Virus record (IMG/VR): IMGVR_UViG_3300033067_000068
Span: 1 to 59,658 of that record
Reading direction: 5' to 3' (one strand)
Length of the DNA: 59,658 nt
Source: a virus
Taxonomy: Duplodnaviria > Caudoviricetes
The translations under genes and the position numbers were made by a program. This document shows positions 55,201 through 59,658 of the stretch, piece by piece (the first letter of the stretch is position 1; each line of letters opens with the position of its first letter). Under the pieces are notes generated by a model that did not search any database, was not told the DNA's origin, and saw only the letters and a list, made by a program, of their open reading frames with translations.

Positions 55201-56776
55201 GGGTAGATGGTTGCCCGGCTGTGCTTGGAAGAATGCCAGCTTGTTGAAGTGGGGCTCCAGCTGCTGGGGTACCTCCGACCACTGCTCCTGTGACAGGAGC
55301 AGGGCGTCCTGCATCTCCCAAGCCTCCTTGAACGACAGGGCTCCCGACTCCCACGCTTCCTGCAGGCTGCTGTACAGTAGAAATTCCTGTGCCACTTGGT
55401 GCCTCCTTGCGAGCTTCGATGATGGCAGCATCCAACAACTGCTGCGCTTTTTCCAAACGCTTGGGAGTCATCGGCTTTTCACCGGCGTATGCCCACACGC
55501 CAACCAGCAGATCGGAGTCCACTGGCAAACCGGAAGCCTGAATGTCAGAATACAGCTGCAGCGACGACGGCGTAGGGATAACACCAAATGTGTCACGCAG
55601 TTCGTACGAGCGTGGGTCGCGCACTGTGTTGGCAACCACTTGGGCCGTAGCTGCTGCATCAGCAGGTTTTTCCTGCGTCATGTCCAGCGGAGCCTGCGAA
55701 CGCTGAAGGGCTTCACCAACTGTCAGGGGGCGCTCAATACCAGTCTCTGGGTCGTTGACGAACTGGCCGGTAGGCTCATCGTACGCAGCTTTGAACTGAG
55801 CCACGTAGTCGCGGCGCTTAGGGCGAGTAATGCCCACGTTCTGGTTGATGAACGACTGCAAACCAAGAGTCTGGTCTTGGGTAACAAACTGGCTCTCCAG
55901 TGGGCGCTGCAGCGGCGCTTCTTGTTCAGTCATGGAAGATGTAAGGTCTCGCTCACGAGTAGCCTCACGGAAGCCCGGACTACGACGCCAGCCACCTGCA
56001 GCACCGCCAAGCAAGCCACCCAGCAGACCGCCACCAACAAACGACTCGGCGTAGTCATTCAATGCTTCTGGGCTAAACAAGTCAACGCGAGGGTCAATGG
56101 CCTGACGGCCAACATTGGTGATGTACTCCTGACCAACTTCACCGACAGCCTCAGAGAAACCAGTACGACCAGCAGCAGCCCCTGTGCGAGCTGCGCCACC
56201 AGTGAAACCACCTAGGTTGTCCAAGTAACGATTAGCAAAAGCAGCAGCGCGTTCTGCACGAATACCGGTACCAGCCAGCTTGCCGACAATACCAGTAGCG
56301 GCTTCAGCGCCGCCATACGCCAGACCGAGTGGGATGGCAGTCAAGTCAGTACGACCTGCTTGCTCTCGCTGAGCCTGCATGACTTCGCCAATACCGCTGA
56401 GCCCTGCGACACCAAAAGCAGCAGCTGGACCGCCAACAAGGCCAGCGCCTACGACAGGCACAATTTCAGGAAGCGACTGAACCCCCAGCTCGGCTGCGTA
56501 GCGACCAACGTCACCAACGCCTGAGATGTTTTTGTAGGAGCCAACAGCACCCTGATTGGTGTCGTAGTATCGCTGAGCAGTACGCTCAGCTTCAGCTTCT
56601 TGAGCCAGACGGTAGTCACGCGATAGCCCCAGCGGCTCAACTAAGCCGTAGGCTTTGGCTTGCAGGCGATCTATGGCCGAGCCGCCTAACTCCGACAAAC
56701 CAGCTTCCGGGGTTTCCACTCGGTACTGCTGGCTGTATCGCGCTGCAATTTCTTCGTCGGTCAGGCGGCGTGACAT
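49247..56776 (-). CDS. 2509-aa large polyvalent internal virion (ejection) protein
   Basis: Gly/Ala-rich N-terminus, HTH-like segment, Tudor-like segment, HEVGGH zincin motif, HGT...GSGEG..AYGWG.YL ART-like motif, YAPIKRTG (PLxRFG-like) C-terminal region; third gene of the ejection trio. Confidence 0.82.
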   Translation of the reverse strand: MSRRLTDEEIAARYSQQYRVETPEAGLSELGGSAIDRLQAKAYGLVEPLGLSRDYRLAQEAEAERTAQRYYDTNQGAVGSYKNISGVGDVGRYAAELGVQSLPEIVPVVGAGLVGGPAAAFGVAGLSGIGEVMQAQREQAGRTDLTAIPLGLAYGGAEAATGIVGKLAGTGIRAERAAAFANRYLDNLGGFTGGAARTGAAAGRTGFSEAVGEVGQEYITNVGRQAIDPRVDLFSPEALNDYAESFVGGGLLGGLLGGAAGGWRRSPGFREATRERDLTSSMTEQEAPLQRPLESQFVTQDQTLGLQSFINQNVGITRPKRRDYVAQFKAAYDEPTGQFVNDPETGIERPLTVGEALQRSQAPLDMTQEKPADAAATAQVVANTVRDPRSYELRDTFGVIPTPSSLQLYSDIQASGLPVDSDLLVGVWAYAGEKPMTPKRLEKAQQLLDAAIIEARKEAPSGTGISTVQQPAGSVGVGSPVVQGGLGDAGRPAPVTGAVVGGTPAAGAPLQQAGILPSTAGQPSTPVTTGAPSGTQAPQTIQAAPQGQEPTTRGAAGTTALVDTSDDALEIARATGNAAEIEAMREEEAGLRADQRDFTDDDLNAVIEEQVGKGKNADRDRKILRAYITARRAVPSGYKGNIAKEIADSFGIAESRVRQIGNPEKLADIAVSMGFDRAQVFDRLGIESAQKALATELGKLEGELARLKAKAKPTKADIARMAELDEQITRINDEVDSGDMAAAFREAGIEGEAGEAFGNLDDAREWQKASTAGSQLAVKLVSIADTIAELKAAAAELNQLGLAQAEAAAAERVAALTAEYEAIVSSYEAKPESAAVTKKTKGKGKAAEKAAEEKDAAKEAEAAKFRAERAAKLQADRNGLAVGDTVKNPKLGTGVVKSFAGDGDSTTVTVAFQSGQTKELSVKLAKLEKVDAVQVESPAGVSVQPEAGTGEKVGGQVRRAKKSAAEGQAQVPAKILTEAEQAAQAWDVVAAEYPDAPKFAQLTKTQQEDFIDFGPDNWTKADVETELTKLAKSGMKFGTESAPATEPYTAKQLLAELKAFIRSDIPGRKLMVVDSVADLLSSSDKNIRAVGAALQLQGAYGVAVDGRAFLVANRIKQGSGRAKFMHEVGGHLGLDNLLTKADQDKLVSQIKAWAKKADGSLEAELALQAFERVQAAETPAEDRRSELIAYFIESAMEMGVDPTAATDAKLSGPLRNWFRTLWAAFKVAARKLGMKPESMTAQDVVNLAYGAARLEINGTWHGTAAAFRNFRNKFIGSGEGATAYGWGTYLAQRTGIAKGYWKADVERKGGTAEGNLMRVDTAVEDERVFDYDKPVIKQSSYVADKLMALLDPVADDIVDRTNKDVEELTGKDLIGSGENDLGLLSLLIMDDAISLPAGQDKQFDEAVRQGKFHEAASHLLRGIGLDGIKFYDAKSRGSASNAISFDGRRYNRDDLRDQVRKYRGSDSDKAMQFLVLSDVLRNGLAETKQALTEKVAEYEQRFVDTDKDIAARYGVKFDESKALADAKALAERTVYQAKQLAWLNANEKDISVVQNPKTRNLIIFDDKNIFRVGSEIAADRQRMKFGKNAVPQGLIDRNIAKLPKQSQQPVKNLTAAIGDLGGKYLDYAVFTNDLVKRAQALGLGAAKTFADRLAARNAKVSEEERKIEKIADGYALIEDANKGSGPGSVNEFLFESTRTGKWGYGKYRDAKMGAMFDALGPKAQQFVKDVFAHGDATLSNKKRIVLNATNSEYDAMIKAAQDAGDTQTEAKLKAEKAATLKRFQTLFRIREGVPYAPIKRTGAYVVIGESAEYKAAKAKGDTATVKKLESDPDHYHVSFVDTKWQARNLSDKLAEQGVFDSPQIVKRSDSFDEAFSGEAMLPALTKMRAAVDSRAQDANGKKDPTAGKLLNIINQLYLEALAEGSARKSEMRRRGVAGEVDMLQSFTQQGRADANFLASVEYEPKIQDALQQMRNQSRTGDRERKSEIFDELTKRYADSLEPKNNPFINVLTNLASKFFLASSPGYYLQNLTQPFMMSLPAMAGRHDYTKAAAELAKAYTELGPLFKDVKLFDQQFDFSKVPADVRTAINDLVNQGKIDIGLATEINEYKVDADGKLSQFAQRLNKGMRMAVQKVEATNRLSTAIAAYRLEYARTKDAAKATQYAADILTETHGDYTAFNAPRAFNTQWGKVALQFRKFQLIQIAFYAKLIRDAFTKPEERAAALRTLAYSLSHTAVFAGMMGLPGYAAISAILGFFGDEDEPYDLTAEMRKALGPEWADMVMRGAPTVVGMDLSGKIGSGNMLSIMPFSDADLSTNAGRAEALGTLLGGAALGMSSRVIDGLGLIASGDYYKGVERTMPKGVSDALKAGRQAAEGMTRRNGDVILPDSEIGAIDTVLTALGVPAVKQAVTYERQNRMRGITENFNDRTTRIKNDYAKAVREKDTEGMAEARAAWTKLQQARQRNGLKPQPVSNLLKAPQEQKAREQRTVGGVAYREGQKKLAESVAAN

Positions 56777-56819
56777 AGATACCCTTCAATCTGTTGCATG
56801 CGACATTGTCGCATGCCGA

Positions 56820-58472
56820 TCAGCGTCCGTAAATGCTCTGAGCGCCCGGAGCAACACCGTATGTAGAAGTTGGGCCAAGGCCCGTAGTACGAGCACCCTG
56901 AAACCCAGATGGGCCGGTGGGATTAGACCTCAGCCGTGCCTCCTCAGCAATGCTGCGGTTCAGCGTGTCGTACGCTGCCAAAGCCTTGTTCAGCTTGGCC
57001 ATATCACGCTTGTCTTTGACGTCGTACTCTTCGTTGTTGAACATGACGGCTTCGCCATCGTTGCTCCAGATCAAACGGCTCAGGTTGTTGTCAGACACCC
57101 CGGCTGCTTTCAGCGCTGCAGGGCGATTTTCAGGCAGGATACCCTTGGTGGAGATGAAACCGCCCATGCCATCAGTCTGCACCAGCTTGCCGTCAACCTT
57201 GTACTGGACACCTGCCTCTTCAACTTTCGTGGGCTTTTCGTCGCGTGGTTTAGCTGTCAGTCCAAACAGAGTCAGCTTTTCTGGCTCAGTCAATTTGCGA
57301 CCGAGGCTAGCTTCCACGTCAGCCACTTTCTTGGTCAGACCTTTCTCGCCCTCATCCCGAGAGTAGCGATTTGCCTGCGCTCTGTCTTTGGACGCTTGTG
57401 CCTTGGATGCGTCAATTTGAGCCTCTTTGGCTTTGAGAGATGCGAGCTGAATAGCGGTCTCGAATGGCTTGTCCTGAGCGTTGCTCGTATAGAACGAGGC
57501 AGCCTGCTGCAGTGCAGACACTCCAGCGGCATCGGCAAACAGTGGGCTCATAGGCTTGTCGCCATACATGACTTGGTAGCCACCGCGCACCTTAGTAAAC
57601 GTGGGGATGATGTTGTCTTCCTTGTTTGGGTCAGCAAACGAAGCCAGCAGCGTATTGAACGCACCTTCACCTTGTGAGGCAGCCTTGTTGATACTGTTCA
57701 CCAGCTTCTTGGTCTCAGCTGCAGCCACTTTGTCAGTGATTCCCAGAACATTGGAAGCCGTGTTAAGGAGCGTAGTGTAGTCACCGTTGAACTGCGCCTG
57801 TGCTTCAGCGATCAGAACCATGTCCAGCGGACGGCCTTCTTTTTGCTTCTCGGCGATGTACTGAGCGGCCTTGTTGGTGTTTTGCTTGGTGTCGTAGTCA
57901 GCTCTAGTGCGAGCATCGACCTCTTCTTGACGGCTCACGTCGTAAGCCTTAAGGCGGTATTGCTCAGCCTGATCGGTCAAACCGTACTTAGCGTATACGT
58001 CAGCTTGGCGCTTGAGCTGCTGCGACATGGGCAACTCACGGGTCAGACCCTGAGCAGGCATACCTTGCTCGGCTGCGGTACGTGCGACAGCTGGAGCCCC
58101 GCCAGCGGCGTAGGCAGCGCGAACAGCGCCAGCTTGCTCAGGTGTGAAGCCACGAGCATAGCCAGTACCCGGTGGAGTTGTGGGCGCGGCGCGTGGAGCC
58201 ACCAAACCTTGTTGCGGCTGAATGCTCGTGAAGTCATCCTGCGTGCCGTACGCACCAGTGCCGAGACCAGTAGGAGCTGGCTGGACCTGCATGTCGGGGG
58301 TGTAGACGCGAGGTTGCTCTGGGATGTCGGCCAGCCCAGTAGACCCGGCAGCAGAAATCTCTTCGGCGGCACGGCGCTTGCGAGTTTGCTCTTCGATGGT
58401 GTTGTATGTATCCAGCCAGCTTTTGGCCATCCGTGTACCGGACTCCATGCCTTGTGCGAATGCGCTTGCCAT
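56820..58472 (-). CDS. internal virion / ejection protein
   Basis: MASAFAQGMESG start; helical Ala/Gln-rich; middle gene of the trio. Confidence 0.65.
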   Translation of the reverse strand: MASAFAQGMESGTRMAKSWLDTYNTIEEQTRKRRAAEEISAAGSTGLADIPEQPRVYTPDMQVQPAPTGLGTGAYGTQDDFTSIQPQQGLVAPRAAPTTPPGTGYARGFTPEQAGAVRAAYAAGGAPAVARTAAEQGMPAQGLTRELPMSQQLKRQADVYAKYGLTDQAEQYRLKAYDVSRQEEVDARTRADYDTKQNTNKAAQYIAEKQKEGRPLDMVLIAEAQAQFNGDYTTLLNTASNVLGITDKVAAAETKKLVNSINKAASQGEGAFNTLLASFADPNKEDNIIPTFTKVRGGYQVMYGDKPMSPLFADAAGVSALQQAASFYTSNAQDKPFETAIQLASLKAKEAQIDASKAQASKDRAQANRYSRDEGEKGLTKKVADVEASLGRKLTEPEKLTLFGLTAKPRDEKPTKVEEAGVQYKVDGKLVQTDGMGGFISTKGILPENRPAALKAAGVSDNNLSRLIWSNDGEAVMFNNEEYDVKDKRDMAKLNKALAAYDTLNRSIAEEARLRSNPTGPSGFQGARTTGLGPTSTYGVAPGAQSIYGR

Positions 58473-58484
58473 ATTCAGTACTCC

Positions 58485-59426
58485 TTATTTTCTGCCGAGG
58501 TAGCCAGCGCCAAGAGTTCCGGCCATGCCGAGCAGAGAGCCAGTCATGCCAGCTTGTTCCTGCATAGCAGCGTTGGCCATACTGGTGGCACCGCTATACA
58601 GACCGCCGTAACCTGTAATTGCTTGGCCTGCGCCAGTAGTCATGGTGTTTGCCGCACGAGCTGCACCAGTGCTGAATTGAGCTCCGGGAGCCATAGCAGA
58701 GGTAAGACCCGCAGAGCCAGCTCCGGTAGCGCCGGAGTAGGCAGCAGTAGACGCACCAGCAAGGTTTCGTCCAATACCAGCGACGTCCAGTTTGCGGGCG
58801 TATCCCAGCTGTTCTGCTTGTTGTCTTGCGCCAGTCATAGCAGCGGCGCGTTGCGCGGACAGCCCAAGCATGTTTTGCGACTGCATAGCCATACCAGCGC
58901 CAGAGTTGGGGTTTACCCCACGAGCGGCTGCGGCACGACTGGCCGCATCTTGAGTAACGCCAAAAGCACGACCGGCAGCGGCGGCGGCCTGTGCAGCAAG
59001 TTGTTCTCGGTAGCCTTCAGTGCTAAACCGTGTAGCGTCAGCCACAAGACCCTGCTCCAGAGGTCGGAACGTGCCTGTCTGGTAGTTGTAGTAGTCACGA
59101 GCTTGGCGCATCTGTTCGTCTTGCGCTGCGATCTGGGACGCAGAAACTTGGCGAGCCAGCGGCATCAACTCATCATATTGGCGTTTCTCAAAAGCCAGCT
59201 GGTCTTGGCCAAGCTGATACGACAAATTAGCAGCATAGTCAGAAGAAGACGCTAGTCCTTGAGCCGCACGTTCTTGAGCAGCTTGGGCGGACGCAGCACT
59301 CTCTCGACCGGACTGCATCAGCATACCTGCACCAGCGCCAGCCACGCCAGCGCCAATCAGGGCAGCCCCACCAAGTCCTGCGGCAAGACCACCACCAACA
59401 GCAATAGCTGAAACAACAGCACTCAT
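58485..59426 (-). CDS. DNA-transfer / pilot ejection protein
   Basis: Gly/Ala hydrophobic termini, Gln/Ala coiled coil, GVNPNSG motif. Confidence 0.7.
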   Translation of the reverse strand: MSAVVSAIAVGGGLAAGLGGAALIGAGVAGAGAGMLMQSGRESAASAQAAQERAAQGLASSSDYAANLSYQLGQDQLAFEKRQYDELMPLARQVSASQIAAQDEQMRQARDYYNYQTGTFRPLEQGLVADATRFSTEGYREQLAAQAAAAAGRAFGVTQDAASRAAAARGVNPNSGAGMAMQSQNMLGLSAQRAAAMTGARQQAEQLGYARKLDVAGIGRNLAGASTAAYSGATGAGSAGLTSAMAPGAQFSTGAARAANTMTTGAGQAITGYGGLYSGATSMANAAMQEQAGMTGSLLGMAGTLGAGYLGRK

Positions 59427-59428
59427 AA

Positions 59429-59658
59429 TTAACTCCTCAACTCAGCCACGAGGGCCAGTGTTTTACCGTAGTCGGTAGTAAGTTCCTCACCGCACTCAAT
59501 ATCTCTGCTGGCTACAAGCCACAGTGCCTCACCGTATACAGCAAACTCGCAGTTCGGGAACGCCGCATGGTTGGAGTAGCGACCGGCCAAAGAGCGTTTG
59601 TTGTTTACCAGCGCAGGGCAGATCAACTCTTGGCTAACAAATGGTCTGGTGGCAAACA
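59429..59658 (-). CDS. SET-domain C-terminal part of the junction-spanning gene
   Basis: (L)FATRPF...AGRYSNHAAFPNC...LVASRDIECGEELTTDY: NHxxxPN and GEELTxDY SET signatures. Confidence 0.85.
   Translation of the reverse strand, partial: FATRPFVSQELICPALVNNKRSLAGRYSNHAAFPNCEFAVYGEALWLVASRDIECGEELTTDYGKTLALVAELRS

Noticed and set aside
1-59658. Alternative genetic code, or prophage with host flanks
   Set aside because: Genes tile densely under the standard code; no integrase or host genes seen; the ends join in frame.

Overview
This looks like an essentially complete, circularly permuted ~59.7 kb dsDNA tailed phage genome (podovirus-like). No integrase, CI-type repressor, RNA polymerase, tRNA or CRISPR array was seen. 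A Betaproteobacterial (Burkholderiales) host is my inference only. The minus strand carries the late arm: RHH regulator, terminase, portal, scaffold, capsid, adaptors, a 2047-aa repeat protein, a lysis cassette with GH19 endolysin, tail hub and fibre, a cupin-like/SET gene crossing the window junction, three ejection-type proteins including a 2509-aa polyvalent protein, and five small basic proteins. The plus strand carries many small early genes around a MoxR-type AAA+/vWA module, then family A DNA polymerase, nucleases, SNF2 helicase, SSB and primase-helicase. The arms diverge at a repeat-rich control region (22.9-24.8 kb) and converge near 48.15 kb. Most notable: (1) the 2509-aa protein carries a PcrA/UvrD-type Tudor module, a sigma-region-4-like HTH, a zincin motif and an ADP-ribosyltransferase-like domain; (2) 6-7 divergent small paralogs flank the AAA+/vWA genes; (3) a 14-bp palindrome occurs in seven perfect copies near an RHH gene; (4) one gene has an in-frame repeat-spacer cassette structure. 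All domain calls are by-eye motif recognition, not database searches.
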